From an uncultured Spirochaetota bacterium (GTDB taxonomy: Bacteria > Spirochaetota > Brevinematia > Brevinematales > JAOACQ01), in NCBI GenBank assembly GCA_963835575.1, contig CAWIGG010000002.1, positions 672,001-736,000 of the forward strand: a stretch of DNA of 64,000 nt. Reading direction: 5' to 3'. The notes beneath the pieces were generated by a model. That model made no database searches, was not told the origin of the DNA, and saw nothing but the letters and a program-made list of their open reading frames with translations. This document shows, one piece after another, positions 49,015-58,996 of this stretch (the first letter of the stretch is position 1; each line of letters opens with the position of its first letter). The translations under genes were made by a program, and so were the position numbers.

Positions 49015-51258
49015 TCAATCGGTTTTCCCATAAATATTTTCATAGAAATAGCGCGTCTGGATGATTTTCTTTACATATTCCCTTGTTTCATCATATTCGA
49101 TGAATTCAACCCAGAGCTCATTTTCATAGGGATATTTTCTTTTCCAGCGGTTTACCATAGTCTCGCCGGCATTATATGCGGCCAATGAAAACAGATAATT
49201 ATGATGATATTTTTTCAATAAATAGGCCAGGTGCGTTATGCCGATTTCCAGGTTGTCCTGAAAATCATAATAGTTGTAATCTTCCTTTTTCATGTTCTTT
49301 TTAAGGACCGCGGCGGTAGCGGGCATCAGCTGGGTCAGACCGACAGCGCCTGCGGATGACAGGGCATTTTTATTAAAATGGCTTTCTTCCCGGAATGCGG
49401 ACAGAATCCAGAAAGAATCATTGGTATTTGAGACAAGGGAAAAAATATTATTGAATAAATTGTCCGGATAGAGTGTTTTTCTCAGTTTATCATCCAGCAA
49501 AGGATGATACTCCCTTCCTCCGGATAACTTTGTGATATAATTATTCAAACGGGCGACAACAAGGCCGTCCAGCTTGAGAACCCGGTAGAAATCCTGATAT
49601 TGGTATGATGCCTTATAGCGGGTTAGCGGATTATTACAGATTTTTTCAAGATAATTCAATATTTCCAGATTATGGGCCATAATATAGCTGTTGCTTAAGG
49701 ACAGCCATTCAGGAGGAAGTGATGGCACGCTGCTGTTTATCGACAAAGTATTGGTAATACCGGTTTGAAATTCGGCTAAAAGATTTGTAACGTTAAGCAG
49801 ATCATTCCATTCCTTATATTTTCCGGGGTCAATATCACGCAAAGCGATCAAAGAATTGAGCTTATCTTTAAGGGAAAAACGGGATATATTGCTGATAAAA
49901 CCATTCATTTCCTGTTCATAGAGACTGATAAAATTTGTCCGCATGCTTTTTTCATATTCTTTAGATATGATCCATTCGTAGGTAAAGGGCTTATAGAGAC
50001 TGACCCTGAGAAATTTTGAGTAGGCGGATTTTAATTTGTTTTCATTCAGATCAAACAGCGCGGAAATGGTAAGAAAATATCCGTCAGGATCGTCTTTTTT
50101 AAGCGCTTTTGACAGCATGGCCGGGGCATATTTTGATTTACTCTGCAGGAAAAACCGGTAGATATATTTTTCATAATCAGGATCAAGAGCTTTCTTTTTA
50201 GCATACCAGTTATAGAGTTCATCAAATTTATTCAATTTGGTCAATACTTTAATCCAATCATCCTGAAAGATATTACTGTATTTGTTATAAATCAATTTCA
50301 GGATTTGATAGGCTTTTTCATAGTGACCGTTTTGATAGAGTGTATTTAAAAAATATTGTATGGTATTAATGGAGCATTTGCCATGTTTTAAAAAGGCATT
50401 AAAAATTTCAAAAGCTTTTTGAGCATCTCCTTCCTTATATGCGAGGATGGTTTTATTCCGTACAAAAAAATCATCTTCGTTTGATAACTTGGCATATCTG
50501 TTTAATAAGTAAAGCTTTATTTCGGCATTATTTATTTTATTAAATGAAGAGTAGGCGGGAGGTATTTGCGGCGTGCCGAGAGCATCCAGATCGCTTTGTT
50601 CTATTAAATTGGTGATGTCGTTAAACAGAATATGAAAATCCCTTTCTCCGTTAAAATTGATCAGGACGGGAAAAAAGCTTTTATTCCCAAGGGCAAAAAA
50701 CGAAAAAGCCTTGTACATGGCGGAAGTCGTGTTTGATAAAGTCATGTTCGTAATAACGACAAAGTCTTTATTTTTCCATTCATAAAGCAGATAGGTTTTT
50801 AAAACATCCTCATAGTAGATTGAATTGTCTTTTAACAGATGAAACAGGGTGGGAATGATCTTTAAGTTATTTGTTGAACTGTTTAATGGTGATTTTAAAT
50901 AGCATTGATAGAGTAATGATGAATAATAGTAAGCGTAATTTTCGCAGTAAAAATCTGAATAAACATCTCTTTTTAAATCGTTTATATTGACCTGATTGAA
51001 AGCGGCCGCGGCATTATCCTGTTCTTTTAATTCCTGATAATCACGGCCCATAAGATAGTATTCCAGGGCGTTTTTAATCCATTTCGCTTTTAATATGGAA
51101 GCAGAATGCCTGTAGCTGCCTTCCTGATAAAATTTAAGGGCCTCACCATCAATCATGGAATAAGCATGGCCGGTAAAAAGAATAAAGATGCCTGATAATG
51201 ATATAAAGATAATTAACCTGGATAGTAAAAATTGACGCGATTTTATTTTAATACTCAT
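49015..51258 (-). CDS. Soluble lytic transglycosylase (Slt-like) with a helical N-terminal region
   Basis: REESHF...SSAGAVGLTQLMPATA, AAYNAG, ETREYVKK. Confidence 0.88.
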   Translation of the reverse strand: MSIKIKSRQFLLSRLIIFISLSGIFILFTGHAYSMIDGEALKFYQEGSYRHSASILKAKWIKNALEYYLMGRDYQELKEQDNAAAAFNQVNINDLKRDVYSDFYCENYAYYYSSLLYQCYLKSPLNSSTNNLKIIPTLFHLLKDNSIYYEDVLKTYLLYEWKNKDFVVITNMTLSNTTSAMYKAFSFFALGNKSFFPVLINFNGERDFHILFNDITNLIEQSDLDALGTPQIPPAYSSFNKINNAEIKLYLLNRYAKLSNEDDFFVRNKTILAYKEGDAQKAFEIFNAFLKHGKCSINTIQYFLNTLYQNGHYEKAYQILKLIYNKYSNIFQDDWIKVLTKLNKFDELYNWYAKKKALDPDYEKYIYRFFLQSKSKYAPAMLSKALKKDDPDGYFLTISALFDLNENKLKSAYSKFLRVSLYKPFTYEWIISKEYEKSMRTNFISLYEQEMNGFISNISRFSLKDKLNSLIALRDIDPGKYKEWNDLLNVTNLLAEFQTGITNTLSINSSVPSLPPEWLSLSNSYIMAHNLEILNYLEKICNNPLTRYKASYQYQDFYRVLKLDGLVVARLNNYITKLSGGREYHPLLDDKLRKTLYPDNLFNNIFSLVSNTNDSFWILSAFREESHFNKNALSSAGAVGLTQLMPATAAVLKKNMKKEDYNYYDFQDNLEIGITHLAYLLKKYHHNYLFSLAAYNAGETMVNRWKRKYPYENELWVEFIEYDETREYVKKIIQTRYFYENIYGKTD

Positions 51259-51285
51259 AGATGAAAAAATGGAACTCCATGAAAT

Positions 51286-53052
51286 TCAATCTTTTACGAG
51301 AAGAAGGTCCAGATAACCCTTTTCTATATTGACTTTTTTAACTTGAATTTTAATATCGTCTCCAAGAGTGTATCTCTTTTTGGTTCTTTTGCCGACAGCG
51401 CAATAATTGGCCTCATCATAAATATAATAATCGTCATCCATATCCTGGTATCTGATCAGTCCTTCAACGCCGTATTTCCTGATCTGGGCGAAAATACCGA
51501 AAGATGAAACGCCTGTGATCAACCCGTCGAATATTTTATTGACCCTGCCTTCCATAAACCGGATGGATTTGATTTTATAAAAATCACGTTCGGCTTCCAT
51601 GGCGACCCTCTCCATGGTGGAAATATGACTTGCTATTTTATTCAGCTCCTCTTCAGGATAAAGGGCCTGGTCTGTTTTCTTCTGCAGAATATGCTTGATC
51701 AGGCGGTGGACGATCAAATCGGCATAACGCCGGATCGGCGATGTAAAATGCGTGTAGAATTCAAAGCCGAGCCCGAAATGGCCTATATTGTCCGTATCAT
51801 ATTTAGCCTGCTGCATCGTGCGGAGAAGAAGCTGATTGACCAGTTCCTTATGCGGCTTGTCTTTTACTTCCAGAAGGATCCTCTGCAGTTCCTTGGGCGA
51901 GGGCACGGGAACCCCGTAAATTTTATGCCCGAATTTTAATGCCAGCCTGACAAAATCCTGCATTTTTTCAGCGGTCGGCTCGCCGTGGATGCGATAGAGT
52001 GAAATCCCCTTTTCGGCCAGGAATTTCGCTATCATTTGATTGGCGATCAGCATAAACTCTTCGATCAGCCGCTCTGAATCCTGCCGCTCTTTAAGCCAGA
52101 ATTTGAGAGGCTCGTCGTTATCATCAAGAACGCATTTCTGTTCTTTAAAATCAAAATCTATAGCTCCTTCGCGGATCCTTTTTTCATAAAGAATTTTAAA
52201 CAGGGTCTTCATTTCGCTCAGGCTTTTTTCCAGGTCAATAGAAGGATAGGATTCGATCCCGTCCAGATAAGCCTGGACTTTATCATAAGTCAGGCGGTAC
52301 CTGGTATGGATGATTGAATTATGTATGGTATAATTTTCCACAGCGCCGTTCTTATTAATCTGCATAAATATACTGAGAGTGAGGCGGTCTTCCTGCGGAT
52401 TAAGACTGCAGATGCCGTTTGAAAGGATTTTAGGGAACATGGGAACAACTTTGTTGATAAAATAAAAGCTGTTTGCGCGTTTTAATGCTTCCTTATCAAG
52501 ATGGTCACCCTTGGGGACATAATGCGACACATCGGCAATGTGAACCCCGAGTTTCCAGCCATTCTGATTTTTTTCTATTGAAACGGCGTCATCCAGGTCT
52601 TTGGCGTCAGCCCCGTCAATAGTGAATATAAGGTCTTTCCTCAGGTCCAGCCTTTTTTTTACTTCATGCTCGGGAATTGTAATATTAATGCTTTCCGCTT
52701 CACGCATTGCCGAAGGCGGAAAATCCTTCCGGATATGGTATTTTTCAATAATTGAATCAAAATCCTGAACCGCTTCCTTCTTTTTTTTCTTTATGCTGAA
52801 ATTATTGAGGTCCCATTTCTTTTCAGTTATTTGAGGCTGTACAGGTTTTGATTTAGGGGGTTCTTTTTTAATAATACTGTATTTTTTTGTGTTCTGATCA
52901 AACCTGATTATCTTTTCTTTCAGATATTCTGTCAGAATCCTGTACAGCCTTTTCTGAGAGTTTTTAGCCGTACATTCGAAAAACGAATATAAATCCGCCA
53001 AATTTACCTGCTGAAGCTTTTCAATCTGATCAAGTACTTCCTGTCGTGTCAA
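51286..53052 (-). CDS. rnr: RNase R/II family exoribonuclease (RNB + S1)
   Basis: TIDGADAKDLDDA, VHIADVS, LIEEFML, GHFGL, YTHFTSPIRRYAD. Confidence 0.85.
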   Translation of the reverse strand: MTRQEVLDQIEKLQQVNLADLYSFFECTAKNSQKRLYRILTEYLKEKIIRFDQNTKKYSIIKKEPPKSKPVQPQITEKKWDLNNFSIKKKKKEAVQDFDSIIEKYHIRKDFPPSAMREAESINITIPEHEVKKRLDLRKDLIFTIDGADAKDLDDAVSIEKNQNGWKLGVHIADVSHYVPKGDHLDKEALKRANSFYFINKVVPMFPKILSNGICSLNPQEDRLTLSIFMQINKNGAVENYTIHNSIIHTRYRLTYDKVQAYLDGIESYPSIDLEKSLSEMKTLFKILYEKRIREGAIDFDFKEQKCVLDDNDEPLKFWLKERQDSERLIEEFMLIANQMIAKFLAEKGISLYRIHGEPTAEKMQDFVRLALKFGHKIYGVPVPSPKELQRILLEVKDKPHKELVNQLLLRTMQQAKYDTDNIGHFGLGFEFYTHFTSPIRRYADLIVHRLIKHILQKKTDQALYPEEELNKIASHISTMERVAMEAERDFYKIKSIRFMEGRVNKIFDGLITGVSSFGIFAQIRKYGVEGLIRYQDMDDDYYIYDEANYCAVGKRTKKRYTLGDDIKIQVKKVNIEKGYLDLLLVKD

Positions 53053-53261
53053 CTTGTTTCTCCGTATAAAATATTAATCACTTTTAGAGAGGGACGTATC
53101 TGCCTGTCTTTTAAAAAAGAGGCGTTATTCCTTCTTTAAAACATATCTTCTTTAAAGTATAATACAAAACTGCAAAATAGGAAAGAAACTGAAAACCCTG
53201 CATTGAATCGTCTTAATAGAGAGATTATTTTAGAAAAAGCTTATTAATATGTCAGGATCAG

Positions 53262-53957
53262 CTATTTCCGCCTTCCTGTAATTCTGAGAAGCATGAGGAA
53301 CAGATTGATAAAATCGAGATAGAGCGTCAGGGCGCCCATGATCGCTTCTTTTTTATCCTCTTCTGTTCCTTCATTCCCAATAATATTCAGGTTTTTTATT
53401 CTCTGCGCGTCATAAGCTGTCAGGCCGACAAAAATAAATACGCCGACTATTGTTGTAATCCAGTACAGGATTTTATTAAAAAAGAAATAATTGATCACAG
53501 AAGCGGCAATAAGACCGATGAGGCCCATAAAGGCAATGCTTCCGATGCCGGTCAGGTCTGTTTTGGTAAATAAACCGTAAATACTCATGGCGCCGAAAAT
53601 ACCGGCTGTGATGAAAAAAGTCGAAGCGATGGATTCATGCGTATAAATAAGGAATATCATGGAAAAAGTAAGACCGTTCAGGACAGAATAGAGAAGAAAA
53701 AGAAATATAGCCAGGGTTGAGTTTATTTTTTTAATGAGATAGGCAAGCATAACGACCAATAAAAACTCACCGATGATAATTCCCCAGAATAAAAACGGGT
53801 TTCCGGCAATAGCTTTTATCATTATTGGATTTTGATAAGTCAGATAAGCTGTAAGCCCTGTAATGCCCAGAGCAAAGGTCATCCAGGCAAATACTTTGGT
53901 CATAAAAGATCTCTGTTCCAGTTCTTCTTTTGATAATGCGGCGGTAGATACAGCCAT
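53262..53957 (-). CDS. Bax inhibitor-1/YccA family membrane protein
   Basis: 7 TM; GLTAYDAQRIK, GALTLYLDFINLFL. Confidence 0.92.
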   Translation of the reverse strand: MAVSTAALSKEELEQRSFMTKVFAWMTFALGITGLTAYLTYQNPIMIKAIAGNPFLFWGIIIGEFLLVVMLAYLIKKINSTLAIFLFLLYSVLNGLTFSMIFLIYTHESIASTFFITAGIFGAMSIYGLFTKTDLTGIGSIAFMGLIGLIAASVINYFFFNKILYWITTIVGVFIFVGLTAYDAQRIKNLNIIGNEGTEEDKKEAIMGALTLYLDFINLFLMLLRITGRRK

Positions 53958-53988
53958 GAATACCTCCTTGTTATAATGAATAAGAAAT

Positions 53989-54321
53989 TCAGTCGATTAT
54001 ATCAATAATTGTTCCTGTGCCTTCTTCCTTGGGTGCTGGCTTGTAAACAGCAGGCTCCTGATTGGTATTTTTTTTAGCGCCCTTCTTTCCGGAAAAACCC
54101 TGTTCATTACTTTCTTTTGATTCAGGGTTGATCTTATTAAATTCCTCGGAATACTCGTCTAAATTTTTGACCTTCGCATTAGTTTCATTGCTTTCACGGT
54201 GGATTTTTTCATTTTCCATTATTTTGCCGGATTGAGCAGCATTTACGGTACGGGCTAAATTATCCGATAGTTCAGACGCTTTTGTCAGGTTAACCTGCAG
54301 ATCAATAGGTAATACGCTCAT
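53989..54321 (-). CDS. Small hypothetical protein
   Basis: MSVLPIDLQ...GTIIDIID; GAGAGGG RBS. Confidence 0.6.
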   Translation of the reverse strand: MSVLPIDLQVNLTKASELSDNLARTVNAAQSGKIMENEKIHRESNETNAKVKNLDEYSEEFNKINPESKESNEQGFSGKKGAKKNTNQEPAVYKPAPKEEGTGTIIDIID

Positions 54322-54355
54322 AAGCCCTCTCAGGTTACTTATAATATTATAATAA

Positions 54356-54860
54356 AAAGCAGGCCTGTAAGCCGGGTTCTGTTTCCCTCACCATTTTGTG
54401 AGCCCCGGCGGGAAGACCTGCAAAATGGTGAGGGACGGGAAACATCTATCTGGTTTTATTCTTACGAATAAACTCCAGCGGTTTACCCGCATTCCCTGAT
54501 TTATCATCAGCCGCAAAGCCGCGGCATGGAATGCCTATTTAACCTTGCATCCCAGGGGGTTTGCAATGCCGGGCTGTTTACACAGCCCGCGGTGGTCTCT
54601 TGCACCGCCTTTTCACCCTTACCCAGCACCACTTACGCATCAGGTATTCGCCGAAGGATATAGATTGATGCGTAAGTGGTGCTGGACGGTATATTTTCTG
54701 TTGCACTTTCCATCCCTGCAAAAGCAGGGTCCGGCTGTTAACCGGCCTGTTGCTTTTTGATGCCCGGACTTTCCTCCCAGCACCACTTGCGCATCCGGTC
54801 TTCATCAGAGGATATAGATTGATGCGTAAGTGGTGCTGGGCGTTTCCCCGGCCTGCTTTT
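54356..54860 (-). ncRNA. rnpB: RNase P RNA (bacterial type A), ~505 nt with extended P3, P12 and P19
   Basis: GAGGAAAGTCCGGGC, AGTGCAACAGAAA, GGTAAGGGTGAAA and ACAGAACCCGGCTTA conserved regions; P1 AAAAGCAGGCC/GGCCTGCTTTT; TTGACA at 54898-54903 upstream. Confidence 0.95.
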
Positions 54861-54916
54861 ATAATATCGGCTATATTCTGTAACTGAAAAGGCTATTTGT
54901 CAAGTGATTATATTAA

Positions 54917-55037
54917 GGGCACTTCTAAAAACCAACATTATACTTAATAATCGAGAACATCTTTGTCTCTAACTATAATATTTATAGCGTTTCCAAAAAC
55001 TTAAATTTAATAATTATGGTAGTTTTTGGAACCGCCC
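54917..55037. mobile_element. ~120-bp MITE-like element
   Basis: GGGCACTTCTAAAAAC...GTTTTTGGAACCGCCC terminal inverted repeats, flanked by TAA/TTA. Confidence 0.6.
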
Positions 55038-55052
55038 TTATTTTGTTATCGA

Positions 55053-56039
55053 TTAAAGAGTTGGAGCTTTATTGTTTAAGGCGTACTCCTTTTCATTTAA
55101 AAAAGGATAAATATCAAAAATTTTAAGGCTGTTTTTCCCATGTCGGATTTCTAAATAGAGGCCTGTATTGCCAATGAAAGAAATATATCCGGCATTTCCA
55201 ATTGGCTGATTTTCCGAAACATTTTCTCCTACATGAACCGATATCTTACTCAAAAAACCGTATACGGAATAAAGTTCATTATCATATTGAACAATAACGA
55301 CATTATTATATCCGGACATGACGCCGGCATATTTAATGATCCCCTTTTTTATCGTCCTTATGAGAGTATCTTTTTCCAGATAAACAATGATTCCCCGTCC
55401 GTTATTTTGTACATAATGGACGTCATTTTTATTGACAGGGAAAAGAGGGTTTTTTTCTATATAATTTTTATTTGAATATTTTCTAACAGCCGGCGCTTCT
55501 TCTTTTTTATTTGAATTTATTAATAGTTTTTCACCGCAATAGATCGTATCTGATGTTTTTTTATTTCTTTCTTTTAATTCAGCCTTAGTAACATTGAATT
55601 TTTTAGATAGAGTTAAAAGGGTATCTCTTTTTTTAACCGTATAATAATTTAAAATATCATGTTTTGTTTCATTATCAGCCTGATTTGTCATAAAAAAAGC
55701 TATTTTTAATTTCTGACCTTCAAAAAGATCAATTTTATTTAAATTATTAAGTTCAGAGATTATTTCTATTTTCGAATTGTTTTCCAGAGCGATTTTAGTG
55801 AGATTATCTCCCTTTTTAACAATATATTCAAATATTTTATCCGGGATAATAAGTTTTTGACCTATTAAAAGTTTATTATGAATTTTGTTAATAGAAGAAA
55901 TATTTTCTTCACTGATATTATACTTCTTTGATATACTCCAGATCGTATCGTCTCTTCTCACTTCATGAATAATGCAATGTCCTGCCTCAAATAATAAGAA
56001 AGATAATAAAAAGCCGCATTTCAGCTTTTTTAACAGCAT
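55053..56039 (-). CDS. 3x LysM + degenerate M23 domain protein
   Basis: HEVRRDDTIWSIS, YIVKKGDNLTKIA, YTVKKRDTLLTLS; GYNNVVIV...SVYGFL...LEIRH; start re-picked at ATG. Confidence 0.8.
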   Translation of the reverse strand: MLLKKLKCGFLLSFLLFEAGHCIIHEVRRDDTIWSISKKYNISEENISSINKIHNKLLIGQKLIIPDKIFEYIVKKGDNLTKIALENNSKIEIISELNNLNKIDLFEGQKLKIAFFMTNQADNETKHDILNYYTVKKRDTLLTLSKKFNVTKAELKERNKKTSDTIYCGEKLLINSNKKEEAPAVRKYSNKNYIEKNPLFPVNKNDVHYVQNNGRGIIVYLEKDTLIRTIKKGIIKYAGVMSGYNNVVIVQYDNELYSVYGFLSKISVHVGENVSENQPIGNAGYISFIGNTGLYLEIRHGKNSLKIFDIYPFLNEKEYALNNKAPTL

Positions 56040-56124
56040 ATAACCATCCGATTCAGCCTGCTTTTTGCCATTTCTATTGTCGGAAGACAAAGACTGATAC
56101 TGAATATAAAAGGATTTATTAAAT

Positions 56125-56156
56125 AAAAAACCCGCCTCTCTATTGAGAGGCGGGTT
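56125..56156 (-). terminator. Intrinsic terminator of the ABC ATPase gene
   Basis: AACCCGCCTCTC-AATA-GAGAGGCGGGTTTTTT on the minus strand. Confidence 0.8.
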
Positions 56157-56171
56157 ATAATTCAGATTAAA

Positions 56172-57278
56172 TTATATGATAGACAGTTCTGTTTCATTAT
56201 CATATAAATGAGCATTCTTTAAATCAAAAATAAATTCCACATTAGTGTCGCCGATATGAAGAATAATGGATGGTTCATATTTTGCAACAAAGGCAGTATT
56301 TGTAGTTGAGAAAAAGATATGCTGCTCAGAGCCGAGATGTTCGACGATTTCCACATTTGCCGTGCCGAAATTGTTGTCAACCTGGCCGAGGAATGTGGTT
56401 TTGTCATAAATATCTTCAGGTCTGATCCCAAAAGTGACGTCCTTACCGGCATAAGGTTTGGCTTTTTCAACAAACATAGCCGGCAGCTTCATCTGGAAAT
56501 CTTTAAAGTCAGCCCAGATGGCTCCATGCTTTTCTACTAACGTAACGCTGAAGAAGTTCATGGGCGGCGTGCCGATAAATCCGGCGACAAATTTGTTGAT
56601 CGGGTGGGAATAGACTTCCATAGGAGTGCCGATCTGCTGTATGACCTGGTTGTTCATGACAACAATCTTTGTGCCCATTGTCATAGCTTCGAGCTGGTCA
56701 TGAGTCACATAAATGGATGTGACTTTCAGTTTGGCATGAATTTTAATGAGCTCCGCTCTCATCTGGACCCTTAACTTCGCGTCCAGGTTGGAAAGAGGTT
56801 CATCAAATAGAAATACCTTAGGTCTTCTGGTGATGACTCTTCCGATGGCAACCCTCTGTTTCTGACCGCCGGAAAGGGCTTTAGGTTTTCTTTTTAAATA
56901 ATCAGCCAGACCGAGGATTGTAGCGGCATCATTCACTCTTTTCTTGATCTCTTCCTTGGGATAATTTCTAAGCCGGAGACCAAAAGCCATGTTTTCTTCC
57001 ACGGTCATATGCGGATAAAGAGCGTAATTCTGGAAAACCATTGCGATATCCCTGTCTTTAGGCTGTTTGTTATTGACAAGGACATTGTCAATAAAAATCT
57101 CGCCTTCGGTAATTTCTTCCAGACCGGCAAGCATTCTCAAAGTAGTTGATTTCCCGCAGCCGGAAGGTCCGACAAGGACGACAAACTCTTTGTCTTTGAT
57201 TTCCAGATTGACATCTTTAACAGCGACTACACCTCCTTCATAAACTTTCGTGACGTGTTTAAACAACACTTCAGCCAT
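56172..57278 (-). CDS. Sugar ABC transporter ATP-binding protein (MsmK/MalK/UgpC family), stand-alone
   Basis: GPSGCGKST, MVFQNYALYPHM, LSGGQKQR, DEPLSNLDAKLR, TOBE tail. Confidence 0.93.
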   Translation of the reverse strand: MAEVLFKHVTKVYEGGVVAVKDVNLEIKDKEFVVLVGPSGCGKSTTLRMLAGLEEITEGEIFIDNVLVNNKQPKDRDIAMVFQNYALYPHMTVEENMAFGLRLRNYPKEEIKKRVNDAATILGLADYLKRKPKALSGGQKQRVAIGRVITRRPKVFLFDEPLSNLDAKLRVQMRAELIKIHAKLKVTSIYVTHDQLEAMTMGTKIVVMNNQVIQQIGTPMEVYSHPINKFVAGFIGTPPMNFFSVTLVEKHGAIWADFKDFQMKLPAMFVEKAKPYAGKDVTFGIRPEDIYDKTTFLGQVDNNFGTANVEIVEHLGSEQHIFFSTTNTAFVAKYEPSIILHIGDTNVEFIFDLKNAHLYDNETELSII

Positions 57279-57526
57279 TTGTATCCTCCTAATATTTTTT
57301 TTACAATAAATAATGAGATATTACTAATTTCCGCATACTATATTTTAAAGGGAAAAAAGAATTGGTCAATATTTTTGATGTAAAAAACATTGAAAATTCT
57401 TAAAATTAAGCAATTCTTTTTTAATTTTAACTAATATATTTATTATTTTAACATTATCTGATGGTCCTGAAATCCTTGATTAACACGTAAAATAACCACA
57501 AATTATGGAACTACCTGTATAACACT

Positions 57527-57554
57527 TTGACAATTAGATTTAATCCTTTATAAT
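57527..57554 (+). promoter_or_regulatory. Consensus sigma70 promoter
   Basis: TTGACA-N16-TATAAT. Confidence 0.7.
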
Positions 57555-57593
57555 ATACGAATATTATTAATATTGTATTTTTGAGAGGTTTTA

Positions 57594-58859
57594 ATGGCTG
57601 TTGGGGATTTTAATCTGGTCCGTTTTCAGAAGGGCGCTTATATTTTGATGGAGGGACAGCCGGAAAACAGTGAATTTTACATCATCAAGCAGGGCGGCAT
57701 CAAAGTCAGCAGTTCTATAAATTTTGTGGCCCAGCAATCGGCAGAGGGAAAATTGACAGCCGGGGATTTTTTCGGTGTTATATCCTGTATGGCAAGGCGG
57801 CCGAATCTTGAAAATGTTTATGCGGATGAGGAAACCATAGCTATTGTTGTTCAGTGTGAAAAATTCGGCCAGCTGATACAGAGTAATCCGGCCATCGCTC
57901 TGAAAATAATACGGTATTTCAGCCAGCTTCTGAGATATTATGATTCTTTTCTTGCTAAAATGGTTTCAAAAACCGAGAGCGTACAGATAGAAGAGGACAG
58001 CCCGGAGAATTTATTTCAAATGGGAGAATATTTTTTTACCAGGAAAAGTATTTATGCTTATGCCGGTTATGCCTATCTGCAGTATATTCAAATGCTGCCC
58101 AACAGCCCTTATTGTGAAAAAGCCAGGGAAAGGCTGGAAAGGATTGATAAGTCAAGCATAAAAATAGCCCCGGTAAAAGAAGGGAATCTTTATATTTATG
58201 AAGATAAACAGATTATATTTCTTCAGGGAGAAGTCGGGCAGGCTCTTTATGTTATCCAGGAAGGAGAAGTTAAAATTACCCGTTTTTATAATAATCAGGA
58301 AGTTCTCCTGGATGTCCTGAAAAAAGGCGATATTTTCGGTGAAATGGCCATACTTGAAAATAAACCGAGGAATGCAAACGCCTTTGCGAACGGCCGCCTC
58401 AAGCTGATGCTGATAACAAAAGAAAACTTTGATTTTGTCGTCAAAAGTTATCCGCAGATCGTCACAAAGATCATTGAAATCCTTTCCGACAGGATCTGGA
58501 TTATCTACCGGCAGATGGTCAATATGCTGATTACCAATCCCGAGACAAAATTATATGACGCGCTTTATACCCAGCTTCTTAAGAACAGGGTCCAGACTGA
58601 TCAAAAAAGGCTTTATACTTTTAATTTCGGCGCTGAAGACCTCCTTAAATTTTCCGGGATGTATAACGAGGAAGGATGGCAGGTCTGGAGGGAGCTTAAA
58701 AAGAATGACAGGAATTTAGAAACGTCATCTGAAGGTAAAATTATCTACAATGATATTTCGCAGATCGAAAGAAAAATCAATCTTATCCGCAGGGAAAAAG
58801 AGATCATCCGCAACCTGCAGGCGCAGTCTGAAAAGGATAATAACAGCAAAAAAACTTAA
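57594..58859 (+). CDS. Crp/Fnr-like protein with two cNMP-binding domains separated by a TPR-like segment
   Basis: FYIIKQG...GDFFG and LYVIQEG...GDIFGEMAILENKPRNANA. Confidence 0.85.
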   Translation: MAVGDFNLVRFQKGAYILMEGQPENSEFYIIKQGGIKVSSSINFVAQQSAEGKLTAGDFFGVISCMARRPNLENVYADEETIAIVVQCEKFGQLIQSNPAIALKIIRYFSQLLRYYDSFLAKMVSKTESVQIEEDSPENLFQMGEYFFTRKSIYAYAGYAYLQYIQMLPNSPYCEKARERLERIDKSSIKIAPVKEGNLYIYEDKQIIFLQGEVGQALYVIQEGEVKITRFYNNQEVLLDVLKKGDIFGEMAILENKPRNANAFANGRLKLMLITKENFDFVVKSYPQIVTKIIEILSDRIWIIYRQMVNMLITNPETKLYDALYTQLLKNRVQTDQKRLYTFNFGAEDLLKFSGMYNEEGWQVWRELKKNDRNLETSSEGKIIYNDISQIERKINLIRREKEIIRNLQAQSEKDNNSKKT

Positions 58860-58996
58860 AAAAGAAAATAAAAGCAGCAAGAGAATAAAAAAGATTCCCG
58901 ATCAGTAAAGAATACCTTCGGCTTTGAGGAATTCTTCTTTATTTAATTTCTTAAAAATGCTATAATTCAGAGTAAAATATAAGGCAGGATAAACCT

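Noticed and set aside
54545..54805. ORFs 54545..54760 and 54578..54805
   Set aside because: They lie entirely within rnpB
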